Notes: generated by a model not told the origin, from the sequence alone. Shown: positions 36,081 to 48,586, counted from the stretch's first letter. The stretch is DNA of 64,000 nucleotides from Camelus dromedarius (GCF_036321535.1 NC_087437.1:120158001-120222000); one strand, 5' to 3'. Program-made: numbers and translations.

Positions 36081-37119
36081 GTCGGAGAGCTGGCCGGCTG
36101 GTGCAGTCCCATCTCGGCCAAGCTGATTTCCGATCATGTGCTTATTCAAGGTACACTGAGCCCCCTTCCCCCGGGCAGGGACACATCTGTTCACCGCTGC
36201 ACATAGAATATAGAATCTCTTCGCGCACAAGAGGTCTTTGCACATAGCTTCGATTTTTGCTTAGATTAAATCCCTGTAAGGGAAGTGGCTGGTGGCTAAA
36301 TGCTGCTTACAATTTACACGGTCTAAGAACTGTTTTGACCTTAGTGACCATTCATTTACATCCCAGACTCCAGACTTGCCGGGACCGTCTCTAGACCACA
36401 GAAGTACCATGGGCATCGCGGCAGACACTGGGACCCGCCCACCCCCTCCCCACCCTGAGCTAGGCCCCCAAATCCTGAGACCTGCATGGATGACCTCGTG
36501 CAGATAGGAGTAAGCTGAGCTCTCCAGAGCAGCCCTGGATCCAAGCCCGTTACCCAAGGAAGTGGCCCCCGCTGTAGGCCAGTGCCCTGGGTTGGTTTGC
36601 CGGCCAGGGTGGGGAGGGAGCTGCAAAGATGGGAGGGTTTTGCACCGTGGGATGGGTAGAAGGGGCTGGGTGCTAGGCTCCTGGGCCTAGAGGTAGAGAC
36701 AGAAATAATTGGGACCCACCTCTGGCCTCCCCTCTCTGCCGCATCAAGAACTTCCTACTGCCCGTCCACTTTGCCAGGGCAGATGGGGATGGGCGCTCTT
36801 GTGGGAACTGGTGATTGAGAAGGACGTTGCTTTCCGGCCCCCAGGCCACCAGCTGATGGAGACCCTGCAGGGAGGAGCTGCGCTCCCCAAAGAATCCTGG
36901 GGTGCTGTCATCTCACCTGGCGGAGGCCCAGGTGCCTGGGCACCGAGCGGCGGGTGTGCGCTCAGACTGCGATAGTTTCTCTCAACACACTTTCCTTTGA
37001 CTTGCAAGCTGGCCCTGGACAGCGAGGAGGTCGCTCTGCAGGGACACCGATACCGCGGCAGCTAGCCATCCGGATGCCCCTGCAGCCCTCCCATCTGTGC
37101 ACGCATCCGCTCCCTCCGC

Positions 37120-37537
37120 ATCAAGAGACAGGCTTGATTCCCCCTCGCTGAAATCCGCAGCCCCTGTGACCGGCTTTGACCCAGCGACCGCAGCAGCGGC
37201 CATGCTCTGAGAAGTCCAAGCCTTGGCCTCAAGAAACCAGAGCGCCGACTTCCTGCCGCTGTGGACCCAGCTGCTGCACGGGGAGGCCGTCCGAGCAGCC
37301 ACGAGGCGAGGCCTCGTGGAGGAGCGCCGGGGGCCCCCAGCCGACCGCCCCCGCGCCCGTGGCCACAGCCACACAGCCTGCAGCCTCACGACTGAGGCTG
37401 TCTTGGACCCGGAACCCCAGCGGCGCCGGGACAGCTGAGCCCAAATCAGCCTCATGAAGGGCAACAAATGGTTGGGTTTTATTCTGAGTCATCGAGTTTG
37501 GGGGGCCTTCGTCACTGAGCAATAGATGAATGAAACA
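37120..37537 (+). mobile_element. MLT1 (G/H-like) LTR, GC-shifted
   Basis: GCCATGCTCTGAGAAGTCCAAGC, GCTGTCTTGGACCC, end GAGCAATAGATGAATGAAACA. Confidence 0.7.
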
Positions 37538-40139
37538 GAAATGGGCACATTGGCCTCTGCACACCGGGCGTTGGCCCAGGCTCCAGAAACGGCTTGGCCG
37601 GAGCCTGGAGCCCCGGGCACCGGCGGGCCAGCGCCCTTGCTCTGAAGCCAGCGATGCTTCTGTAGAGGCCGAGTCGTGTTCCTAGAAACCATGTCTCGGG
37701 AGGACCCCGCGGTCCTGCGACCCCCTCCCCGACCGCGGCCGGTTTCCTCCGACCTGTGCTCAGCCCGAAGCGAGAGGCTTCCGGGCTCCCCTGGGAAGAT
37801 CTTCAGTAACCTCGGGCGGCTGGAGGTGGGCACCGGGTGTTGGCCTGAGTCTTGGAGGTTAGGGACGTGCGGTCTTCCCTGGGGAGGAGCCCTCCTGCCA
37901 CCCCCCGCGGTGGGGGTGGAGCTGGGACCCCCTAGCCCGCCTTGGTCTGGAGGACCGCTGTCTCTTCACCAGTGGGTTCTGCTCCCGCTGCAGTTTCCAG
38001 GAGTCACATGGGCCTCACGGCGGGACAGTTGCCAGGCTGGAGCCGCGACAGTCACCCACAAAGACTCTCATGTCTCGATTCTGGGCGACAGACTCTCTGA
38101 GAGACTCTGTTTCCCAAAGAATGTGCCACCCGACTGTGGACTCGCCTGTGCAATAAAGACCCTCTGGAGGCCGGTTCCTCCCTCAGCACTGCCTTCCCCG
38201 CAGGAACAAGACTGGGGGACCTCCCTTCCATCCGCGAAGGCGAGAAAGGCAGGGAGGCGGGCGGATCCAACCGGCTGGGTGCAAACCAGGGAACCATTTG
38301 GCTCCCGTCTGCCTGCCTCCCCCATGATGGAATTTTCTGGGTTAATGCTCTCCCCATCCGTCCTTCTGGAGCTGGACACCAGCTCCCCTTCCGCCTTGTG
38401 TTCTGGCGCTTTCGGGCCTCTCCTGTGGGAGCAGGAGGGCGTGACGAGGACGGGGGTGGTGACAGCAGCCCCTCTCCAGGGAGCAGCTCAGGTCCGTATC
38501 GCACTGCCGTTCCCACGTCATCGGAACATTTTAGGAGGCACACGCCACAGCCACACGACAGGAAGGTGGCCAAGGTGCTGAAAGGCCGGCCCTGGCTCAC
38601 AGCCTGGGAAGTTCCGGGCCGGGTGGGGCGGGGTTGGGGAGGGGCTGGGCGAGGGTGCAGGCGGGGCACGGGCTGGTGTTTTGCTGGTGCCAATGACGCT
38701 TGTCCCACTGGCCGAGGACACCTGAGACTGACCTTCCCGCCACCCCCTACCCCGGGGGCTGTGTGAGTGTTGGGGGTGGGACGTGCAGAGCCCTGGGCAG
38801 CATCCAGCCAGCCAGCATTCGCCAGGGCTACTGAGACCGCCTCGGCCTCTGCCGGGAGTGGCAAGTCCACCTGCGACAGGGACCAGGGACCCGGCAGCCT
38901 CCACGACTTCACCACTTCATCTCCAGTCCTCCTGGGGGAGCGCTGGTGTTAGCCATCGATGGAAGGAAGGGGGGCGAGGGATGAGCCCGGGGAGTGTGTG
39001 AATGTGGTACTGGAGCCCCCGTCGGGGCCTTGATCACACTTGTTTGAGTGGCTCCGAGGGCCTGCTGTTAGGAGTAAGTGTGGGGACCCCGCCCTCCTCA
39101 GCATCTCTTGGAGCTGCGGGTCTTGGGGTCCCAGGCCTGTGAGGAGGGGGTTGCAGGGGAGGCACAGGGCCTGCAGCCTTGCACCTGCACCCCCTCCCGC
39201 CCATCTACACCTCAGGTCACACGTCAGAGCGTTTCCCACCCCACCCCTGTCATCCGCCACCCCCAGACACGACTGGGCCAGGTGGCAGTAACTGGGCAGG
39301 TGGCCCTTCTAAAACCTGGGTGTGAGGGGCTGGTAAACAAAGCTGTGCAGGGACCACTTTCTGGGGAAAACCGCATTTCAAGCTCAGGAGTGTTTCAGCC
39401 CTCACTCCTTGTTGGGGCAGCTAAGGCCTTCCTTACACTCCCCGCCGAAGCCCAAATTCCTGCTGGATGCAGCGGGCAGCTCTGGGCACTGGGCTGCCTT
39501 GGTGTCCCCAGTTGCCTGCGGCCTACAGCCTGAGCTGAATCTTTCAGCCACCGCCAACCCTGCCCGGGGAGTTCTGATAAGGCCTCACATCCCAGCGACA
39601 GTGGCCCATACAGCCAGAGGGGATGTGGGTAGAGAGAGGCCTTCTCTCCTGCACTACCACCCCGCCTACCCTCAAGGAAGCCCTGATGGTGAAGTTGGAG
39701 GGCAGCAGTTCTGGGAATTGAACCAAGGTTCTAGTTGTCCCTCCAGGACCTAAGCTCATGCAGAGTGAAGTGGCCTAGCTCGAAGGGTCTCTCCTGATGT
39801 GACGGCAGGCGCAGGGGCAGCTCTCCTGCTTAGCTGAGGCATGGAACAGTGACTGCTCTGCGGGTGCCATGAGGACCAGTGTGATACAGGGCATGCTCAG
39901 GGCTGGTTCTTCGGGGCACTCAAGTCCACATTCTCCCTCACCTGGTGCTGATGACGAGCTGGGCATGTCCTGCAGGTGCCCTTCCCTGGAGTGGGTGGGC
40001 TTCCTGATGTAGCTGGGTCCTCTGACACAGACAGCACTTGTGACTTAGGAGATTCAGGTGATGGTCAAGCAAAAAACAACATAAAATGTTTAGCAGCAAT
40101 TCTCCTTCCTCCTCAATTCTCTCCCCAGCCCTCTCTCTT

Positions 40140-40460
40140 AAAAAAATTTAATAGATTATTTTTAGATCAGTTTTAGGTTCACAGCAAAATTGAGTGGAAG
40201 GTGTAGAGGTTTCCCACACGCTCCCTGCCCGGACACAGGCACAGCCTCCCCGCCTCAGCATCCCCTCTGGAGGGTGCATCCGTCACAGATGCCCTGATGC
40301 ATCGTTGTCTCCCAAAGCCCACGGTTTCTGCTGGGTTCGCTCTTGGTTTTGTGCATTCTACGGGTTTGGACATGTGTCTGATGAAGTGAATCCACCATCA
40401 CGATATCCTGCAGAATAACTCCACTGCCCTAAAACCCTCTGTGCTCTCCTCCTGGTCCTC
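40140..40460 (-). mobile_element. L1MD-like 3' end
   Basis: CAGTTTTAGGTTCACAGCAAAATTGAG, CATTCTACGGGTTTGGACA, CACTGCCCTAAAACCCTCTGTGCTC. Confidence 0.85.
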
Positions 40461-40469
40461 CCCCCTCTC

Positions 40470-42000
40470 TTTTTTAATGGATACTTTAATAGATTCCAGA
40501 CCTCGGTGCACAGGCTGGCCTGATGGTGAGCTGTGGTTCGCAGCACGCTCTCCACATCGGTCCCTGCTTGATGCGCTTTTACTTTACGATACTGATAATC
40601 ACGTAATGACCACCACACCCGCCCAGCAGCCCCAGAACCGGGACTTGGCCAGTAACTTCCATCTGCCTCCGCGTTTCCCACCTCAAGCCCCTCCTTCTCC
40701 AGCACAGGTGAACGTGACTGCGCTTGGCGTCCATTTTATTTGTAGTTTCTCAGCCTTGATTTTTCCTATTCAACATTATATTCCCCAGGTTTGTTTGTGT
40801 CGACTGAAATGAAAGGCATAACCTAAAAGCTGAGTGTTCTGTTTTATTCAGTGGACTTTCTGAGGACTTAAGCCCGGGAAGCAGCCTCTCAGATCGCTCT
40901 GAGGGACGGCTCCAAAGGGACGAGTTAGAAGCCAGGATATAGGAGTTTTTGCAGCAAAGACCAGGTGGCTGGAACATCAAAAGATGACTGTTAACTGAAG
41001 AAAACCAGACCTCTCAAGTGAAGGGATTTAGCACTTTCCTGTGTGGGAAGGTGCAAAGTCTGGGCTCGTAGAAATCACTCCTTTGATGTGCACCTAGCTG
41101 TCCAGGGCCTGTGTCCTGTGCGTCCACACCCTGAGTCCCCTCGGGGCACCGCTGGGGGTGGCAGCAGGGTGGGGCTGCCCTCCTGTCTGCATCCCGAGTC
41201 CCTGCACTCGCTGTCGGGGTGGCGGTAGCGGCGGGCGACCCGGCGGCCGCGCCGTCCTGTGTGCGGGTGTGGCTGAGGCGGTCCCTGTGCGCATTTGTGT
41301 TCTGGGGGCAGGTATTCTGCAGGTATTCAGTGTCGCCGCGGCAGAGCTTCTCATCGTGTGGTCACATCACAGATGATCCATTCTCTCTTGTCCAGCTGCT
41401 CCAGCGTTCGCTCTTACGAACAGGCCCCCTGGACACACCCACTGAGGACCCTCTTGGGAGGGGAGCTAAGAATGAAATTTGGGTCACGGGGACGCAGAAC
41501 TTTAACTTGACAAGAAAACGCCTGTTTTGCAAAATGGTTGCATCGCTTTACACACCGCCAGCCGGCAACGTGTAAGAGGCCTGGGGATCCACATCCTCTC
41601 CAACACTTGGAATTATCAAAAATGTTTTGGGCCAGTCAAGTGTGCGCAGTTTCGTCTCCTCCTGACCGCAGTGAGCGCAGGCCTCCCCCTCTGGCAGCGG
41701 CCCGCCGCTCTCCTGGGCGTGCCCGCGCCGCTCCGCCGCCCGGTTTCCCGTGCCGTTGCTGACCGACCCTAGGGCTTTGTCAGTCCTGACACTTGTCTTC
41801 GGTTGGCTTTGCGTGCAGTGGGGATTAGCTCCCAGCTTGCTGCCCCTCTTTGCACTTCCACGCAGGCGCATTTTGTTGAGTAAAAGTACTTAATTTTAAT
41901 ATAGTCAAATTTGTCCATTTTATCTTATCCATTGTTAAGGTTTTTGTGTCTCATGCAGGAAACCGGTTCCTACCCTGAGGGCACATAGATATCACCTGCG
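40470..42000 (-). mobile_element. Old L1 (L1ME-like), interrupted by an ERV1 LTR
   Basis: TTCAACATTATATT, TTTTGCAAAATGGTTGCA..TTTACACACC, TCCACATCCTCTCCAACACTTGG, TTAATTTTAATATAGTCAAATTT. Confidence 0.7.
40798..41293 (-). mobile_element. ERV1-type solo LTR (family B) with 4-bp TSD
   Basis: TGTCGAC...GCGCA termini, TTTATT at 40843, TTTG duplicated at 40794-40797 and 41294-41297. Confidence 0.85.
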
Positions 42001-42002
42001 CC

Positions 42003-42160
42003 TTCTTTTTTTCTCTTTTTGGTGGTGGTGGGGTAATTAGATATTTATTTATTTACTTACTTATTCATTTATTTATTTATTTTAATGGAGGTGCAAGGGA
42101 TTGACCCCAGGACCTCATGCATGCTAAGCTCGTGCTCTACCACTGAGCTCTACCCTCCCT
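42003..42160 (-). mobile_element. tRNA-derived camelid SINE (vic-1-like)
   Basis: On -: GGGTAGAGCTCAGTGGTAGAGC (A box)..GAGGTCCTGGGGTCAATCCC (B box)..ACCTCCATTAAAATAAATAAAT..CTAATTACCCC plus A tail. Confidence 0.88.
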
Positions 42161-42169
42161 TCCCTGATG

Positions 42170-42882
42170 CGACCATCTTTGTAAGACACAACCTGCCGCA
42201 TCTGTGCAACCAGCCCCCAGATCAAGGTGTAAAATATTTCCAGTGACCAGCTGGCTCCCTGGGCACCTTCCAGCCCACACCAGCCCCCGGAGGTAATTAC
42301 TGCTCTGATCCCGACCGCACACATTCTTTCCGCAATCATGAATACCGGCTGAATATGTCCGTAGAGCCCTGCAGGGGGCGCTTTGGGGTCTCGACTCGTG
42401 GCTTAACATCCTATTGTGAGGGCCTGAGCCGCGCTCCGTGGACACCAACCTGCCCGTCTCGCAGCTGTGCGGTGTCCTGCTGTGTGATGTGCAGTCTGTC
42501 CATCCCACTATGGACAGAGCGGCTGGCTGCCGTGTTGACGATCGTGGACGATGGCGCGGTAAACAGAGCCGCTCACTTCTGTTGGGTCCTGGGTCGTCGG
42601 GGGTTTGCACATTCAGGCTCAGTAGACGCTGGCAGACAACTTCCTGAAGGAACTGTACGTTTTACTCACCAGCAATGAGAGGGAGCTCCGTCCCTGCAGC
42701 TGGTAAGTTTCAGCCGTTCTGGTGGGGACGGCGGTATGGTGTCATCTCACTCATGTCTTAACTGGCGTGTCCCTGATGGGTGACGGTGCTGGGTCCTTTT
42801 TCTGATTTATTGGTCATTTGGGTAACCTTTCTAAAAAGTGCTTTTTCAAGTCTTCCACTCATTTATTTAAAATTGGGTTGTC
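42170..42882 (-). mobile_element. Old L1 (L1ME-like) 3' end
   Basis: CCCAGATCAAGGTGTAAAATATTTCCAG, GAGGTAATTACTGCTCTGA, CCAGCAATGAGAGGGAG, TTTATTGGTCATTTGG. Confidence 0.75.
42368..42382 (+). promoter_or_regulatory. CTCF-like motif inside old L1
   Basis: CCTGCAGGGGGCGCT, a close match to the CTCF core. Confidence 0.5.
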
Positions 42883-43375
42883 AAGCCTAAGTGTCCATCA
42901 ACAGATGAATGGATAAAGATGTGAGATACACACACACACACACACAATGGAACACTACTCAGCCATAAAAAAGAACGACACACTACCATTTGTAACAGCA
43001 TGGATGGACCGGGCGGTGTGAACTGTAGTGAAATAAGTCAGACAGAGAAAACCAAATACCACATGTCATCACTTACACGGAACCTAAAAACTAAAACTAA
43101 CCAGTGAGTATAACAAAACAGAAACAGCCCCACAGACACAGGGGACAAACCCGCGGCTCCCAGGGTGGCAGGGAAGGGAGGCAGGGCTTTGAGAGGCACG
43201 AGCCTCTGTGTGAAGGGAACGAGCTGCAGGACGCGCTGCGCCTCCCAGGGTGGACGGCCAGTGTGTCACGGTAACTGTAAACAGCCTTTGAAAGTTGTGA
43301 GTCACTGTGGTGTAGACCTGAGACCCCTGTAACACTGGATATCAGCTACACATCCATTAAAAAAAAAGAAGAAAC
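42883..43375 (+). mobile_element. L1 3' end with A tail and diverged TSD, nested in older L1
   Basis: CCTAAGTGTCCATCAACAGATGAATGGATAAAG, AGTGAAATAAGTCAGACAGAGAAA; flanks AAATTGGGTTGTC / AGATTGGGCTGCT. Confidence 0.9.
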
Positions 43376-46300
43376 AGATTGGGCTGCTAGGCTCTCTCTT
43401 ACTTGTGGGAGTTTGTTACCCTGGGCGCAGCCGTCTGTTGGGCATGACCTGGAGGTGACAGGCTCAGGGTTTGCGGTGTGTCTTCTGCAAGACTGTCCTC
43501 ACTTCGGACACCAGCTCAGGGTCCCTCAGGGCTCCAACCCGACCCTGCTGCCTTCTCTGGGGGTGGGGCTCTCACACTTCATCTGACTGGTCGTCTGTCT
43601 CTGGGCCTCCACTTCCAGGAGGCAGAGACCCCCAGATGCCTTGGGGTCGGGGGGTGGGGGGAAGGATGACTGGCCCTCTGGGCCTGGGCTCAGGGTCCCA
43701 GATGAGGTGTGAGCGGGGGCAGCCTTCCGTGAACAGCCGCTGTCCCACGTTTCCCAGATGGCAGACAGCTCTCAGGCCGGCTCTGGACCCTGTGTTGAGG
43801 GGAGGGGTCCGAGGGCTCCAGGGGCGCCCGAGAGGAGTGGGCCCCGCTGCCAGTGTTGCCTGCTCCCCGGCCCTTCTCCCCCCGGTGGAGATGGTGCGAG
43901 GCGCTCAGGGGCAGTGGAGGAGGGGCTGCGTGGAGACCGGCAGAGGCAGGAGCGCAGGGGCCAAAGGCCCCCTCCCCATGAACTCCTCAGGGACCTGGGC
44001 TCAGCTGGCCGCTCAGGGGGTGGGAGTTCTCCCAGGGGGCATTTTGAGAAAGCTGGCAATTCCTTTTGGAAAAGCACGAGAAATGCTTGCTGTCAGGACT
44101 GGATGGGAGAGGCTTTGCTCCAGGACCAGCTCTGGGGATGGGTTGGGGACACCAGGGGCTGTGACCAGAGGGGAGCCGAGCTAGTCGGCCGCCCGCGCTG
44201 CGCACGGCTCAGACCAGAGGGCCAGGCGGGCTCTGGGATGGCTCTGTCTCTGGGGAGAAGGACGGCCAACCCGCTCACGCACTCACACGCACGCACACAT
44301 TGACACACACGCTCGCACTCCCGTGCGTGGACACTGGCATGACATGCACACGCCCAGATGTAAGGTGCCACAGCCCACACGCTGGCAGCGCAGACGCGGG
44401 GCGCAGCCCCCGGACGTGGCTGTCGAGGGGCAGCGTCTTCCCCGGGCTGCGCTGACGCTTCGTTCCGACCTGAGACTCGTGCGGGAGGCAGGCGCCGAGC
44501 GCTCCCAGCAGGAGGGCTGCCCGACCTTTAGACAGGGGTCCTGCGTGTCATCAGCTTTACCGGGACCTCCTGTGTCCACGGAGCAGGCGGCTGTGGGGGG
44601 GGGCGTGTGTCACGTCTGCTCAGGCGAGGGGGGGCACGGGGAGCTCCCCCAGGTCCCCACAGTCCCCACGTTCTGCCGCTATAAGCTCAGGCTGCCCGTC
44701 GTGCGGAGCTGGGGCTTCTCATGGGGACAGCAGGCTCCCTTCCAGGCTCAGCCCCAGGCAGCCCGTCGGCCGCAGCCGCAACCCACTGGCAGACGCCTGG
44801 GCGGCCACCTTGTCCACCCTGAAGGTCACCCCCATCAGGGTGCAGGGGGGTCCTTTCCTTCATCCTCCCCCGACTCCCCCGGGGGGGGCCCTGAGGCTGT
44901 GTGTTAGTATTTTACAAAGTGCTTCTTTGCAGCAGTCCTACCGCACTGCAAGGGGTTTTATTTAAACTCTTGAAATACACTTACTTTTGGCCCAAGTTCA
45001 GGTGGATGACAGTTTCGCATTGAAAGTGAGCTTCCGGAGCTCTGGGGTCTGTGGCACACTCACCTCTGGGCAAGTGGGGTGATGGTGACTCATCTGGAGA
45101 GAGAAGCATCTCTGAGCAGCGAAGCCCCCCCGCACACGGGGCCACGGCACCTGGCACGAGATGTTCAGACCAAACCGGCACAGAGACGACAGCCTAGAAA
45201 AAACATACTTGAAACACACGAGATGGAAGGTTATGGTTCTTTTGCATGAGAGACATTTGGAAGCAGGCATTTGTAGCCAGGTGCAGCAGCAGGGGCTTGC
45301 TGGCTGCGTCTCACTGTGTCCCCACCCTAGTTCAGCGCTAAGGTGTCACCTGAGGTCCCAAATGGCTCTGGGGCTCCAGTCAAAGCCTGGGCACACATAG
45401 CTGGGCCCTTCGGGTGGCTGGTGCCCTCCTGGCCTGATGGTCCTCTTTCCTTCCCTGGTTCCATCTGCCTTGGCCTCCCAGCCTGTTTATGCAGGGCCTG
45501 CGGTCACTTGTGGATCTCAGGGGGTTGGCCCTGCCCTTTGAACCTCTCGAAGTGCCACCCCAGCCTCCCAGGTCATCTCAGGTCCACCTGAGGTGTGAGT
45601 GGACAGGCAGTGTCCTGGGGTGAGATTTCATAGCCTGGGGGGATTGCCTCTCCTCCCCGTCACTGCCCCCACTCCAATAGGCAGCTGTCGGTTGCAGGAG
45701 GAAGTGTTTGGTGGGAGGACGAGGAATAGATTTGCACATAACCCCCTGAGAGGGGACTTTATTGACAGCCCATTGCCTGCCTGGCACTTTGCCTGATTTC
45801 CTTGCCTCCGTTCAGGGCCTCTTGGCAGGGCGGGGGAACCAGCCCATCCTGCAGGTGCAGAAACTGAGGCCCTAAGTGCCCATTGAGTTTGTAGCTGGGA
45901 AGGAAGGAAAAGGCTGAGAGAGCTCAACTCAGGCTCAACTCAGGTAGGTTTCCTGAGGGCAAACACGGAGGATGCACCGGCCCCTGCGGAGGCACCCGGC
46001 GCCGGTCCCCTCCCCGCCCAGCCGCCCAAGCCTCCTCGTGTATCCAGACACCCTGCGTGTGCTCCTGCAGACCCGTGTCGACATGAGAAACCCTGAGGAC
46101 AGCAGGGCGGGCAGCACGCGTCGCTCAGGAAGCCGGTCCTGGTCATCTGACGTTGCCCTGCGGCCGGCACATTCCGGAGGCCCCCAGGGATGCTGCCCTG
46201 CATCTCCCAGGCTGGCCACCTTCCCACGAGGGCGGTGGCCTCCTCTCGTACGTGACTGCCCGCGTGTGCACATGCCTGGCCACGTGTGGGCGTGTGCCCG

Positions 46301-47777
46301 GGGCCGGGGCGCAGGAGCCTCGCTGCGTGGACTTGTCATCTGAAGCAAACCAGCAGGCAGAGACGTCAAAGCCGGCGGCAGCGCCCACCTGGTGGGGGCT
46401 GAGCAATGCGGCTTTTTTCAGCCTGACAACCTGCAAGCAGCAGGAGTGGGGAGAGGCGATGAAGGTTCCGCTCCCCCTGCCAAGCGGGGGGTGAGACGGG
46501 AAGCCGCGCGGGGCGCACTGACGTCCGCGGTCCCCGGGGCAGAGGGGGTGGGCGGAGGAGCTGCTCCCCGGGGAGAGCCTGTCGCTCGGCCTCTGGTTCT
46601 CGGCTGCTGGGGTTGTTTTCCGACTTGGGGCGTCAGAGACCACTGCTGACGCTGGGAGGCTGCAGGACCAGAAAATCCATATACCAGGTGAAGTTCGCCT
46701 GCCTTTTCCTCCCCGAGAAGACTCATTAGGAAGTGCGTGTGGCCTTGCTGTGGGGGAAATAAAAACCAAGTAAGGACCATGGAATGCACCGGAGCTGCTC
46801 CGGGCACATTTCTTCCCGTAACACAGGCGGTCCTCAGCTGAGACAGCCCCTGTGGAGCCAATATGCCGCGGGCCGGGATCTGTGCGGGCCCCCTAGCCCC
46901 CTCCGTGGGAGGGCGACGCCTGGTGACGTGCACACAGGCCCCGTCAGGCAGCCAGCGTGGTGATGGCGCTGCGTAACCACACACACTGGGGCCTGGTCCC
47001 AGGACGGGCCCTTCCCCGCAGGGGCCCCAGGAAGCTGCAGCTTCAGGACAAACCTCCAGTTCTCGGCTGACCCAGCCGCATGCCCCACTCACGGGGAGGC
47101 AGGTTCGGAATTGGAAGGAAGACCTTCCCAGCAGGTGCTGTTTGGGGAGGTCCCTCACCTGGTTCTGGTTTGGACCCAGACCAGCTGATGAGCTGAATCA
47201 CCTGCGCAGTGGATTTGGGGGCCTGACCACACCCGACCCTCCCACTCCGTCAGAAGGGCCTGTACCCGGCAGCCTCCGCCTCCTGGGGCCGCTCCCATGC
47301 CGGCCTGGCTTGCACTGGCCCCGGAGCTGGGGAGCGTGGCTCGCCCTTGCTGTTCCTGCGGGTCGTGGAACTGAATGCCCCTTGATGTCATCGCATCCCC
47401 CGCTCACGCCACCTGTGGGGACCTGCTCACCCCAGCAGACCCAGCAGACCCACCTGGTGTGTGGTTGGAGCGTGGTCTTCGCCCCGGCACGCCAGCTGCG
47501 GTGGCTCCGAGGGCCCCCGCAGGGCCACCCGGCTCTTGGGCCGTCCTCTGGCAGCTGGGAGCCTCCCTCCCACTCCCCTTGGCAGGTGGACTGAGCAGCC
47601 CGGGCCTTTCTGCCCTTTGCCCGCCAGCCGTGGGGACCCCGGGAACCCAGTCCCCACAGTGACGACAGGGTCTGCCCGACACCTGTGCCTCACTGAGGTG
47701 TCCGAGGGCGGGGGCAGGGCAGGTGCGTGTGTGCGCGTTGCACGAGTGTCTGTGCACTCGCTCACCCTAAAGTACAC

Positions 47778-47860
47778 GTTATACACAACATTGTAAAATG
47801 ACTGTGACTCAATAAAAAATGTTTAAAAATAAAAACCAAAAAAAAAAACCCCCCAAAAAA
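47778..47860 (+). mobile_element. Very short L1 tail
   Basis: ACACAACATTGTAAAATGACTGTGACTCAATAAAAAATG plus A-rich tail. Confidence 0.75.
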
Positions 47861-48429
47861 TACACAGTACTGCATGTAACCCAGTTTTGATCCCTTTCTG
47901 CTGTATTTTGTCGAGATTATTCTTCTGGGCTGTCAATTCTAACGTGCGCTTCTGCCGTTTCCCGAGCTGCCCTGGGTGCTCCACGGGCTGGTCAGTTTGG
48001 GAAACACCGCCACAGCCCAAAGTTTGAGGAGCTCAAGCTCTTTTGGGTTTGCTGGCCAGTCCATCCTCCCTGACTCCCACACCCCACAGGCAAGAGAGGA
48101 GCCCACTGAGAGGACTCTGAAACGCTCCGGGAGGTTTCTATCAACACTGGGTGGGGGGCAGACAGGCTGCAAGCCCTCGGGCTGTGCGAGGGACACCGGA
48201 AGGGGACGCAGAGCCGCCTGGCTGGTGCCCCCGCATGCTCGGGGGTCAGACCCACCGGGCAAACCCAGCAACACCTTCACATCAGGTCCTTCCCTTGACT
48301 CCCAGGGGTGAGTCTGAGCACCGAACTAAGCGTCAACATCTAACAGGAAGCTCTGAATAATGTTGCAAAGAGATGTTAATTACAAGGCGAGAGTCACGCC
48401 ACCAGGCAGTGGTGACGATCAGAGCCTTG

Positions 48430-48575
48430 CAGACGCGGCTGTGCTGGGAAGCTGCTTGAGCGTCAGTGGCCACGGCCGGTTTCTTCCTCTGCAAGTGGGG
48501 TTCTGATGGCTCCTACCCCAAAGGGTTGAAAGGCTCGCAGGGCTGACACGTGGAAAGCTTTGGCACAGCGCATCA
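48430..48575 (+). mobile_element. MIR fragment
   Basis: GTTTCTTCCTCTGCAAGTGGGG, CCTACCCCAAAGGGTTG, GTGGAAAGCTTTGGCACAG. Confidence 0.6.
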
Positions 48576-48586
48576 CAGAGGAAGGG

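Noticed and set aside
37676..38915. Overlapping 301-aa (+) and 287-aa (-) ORFs
   Set aside because: Long frames on both strands reflect stop-codon scarcity in GC-rich DNA; no homology recognised.
42085..42160. tRNA gene
   Set aside because: The A/B boxes belong to a SINE head followed by an AT-rich body and tail; there is no complete cloverleaf.
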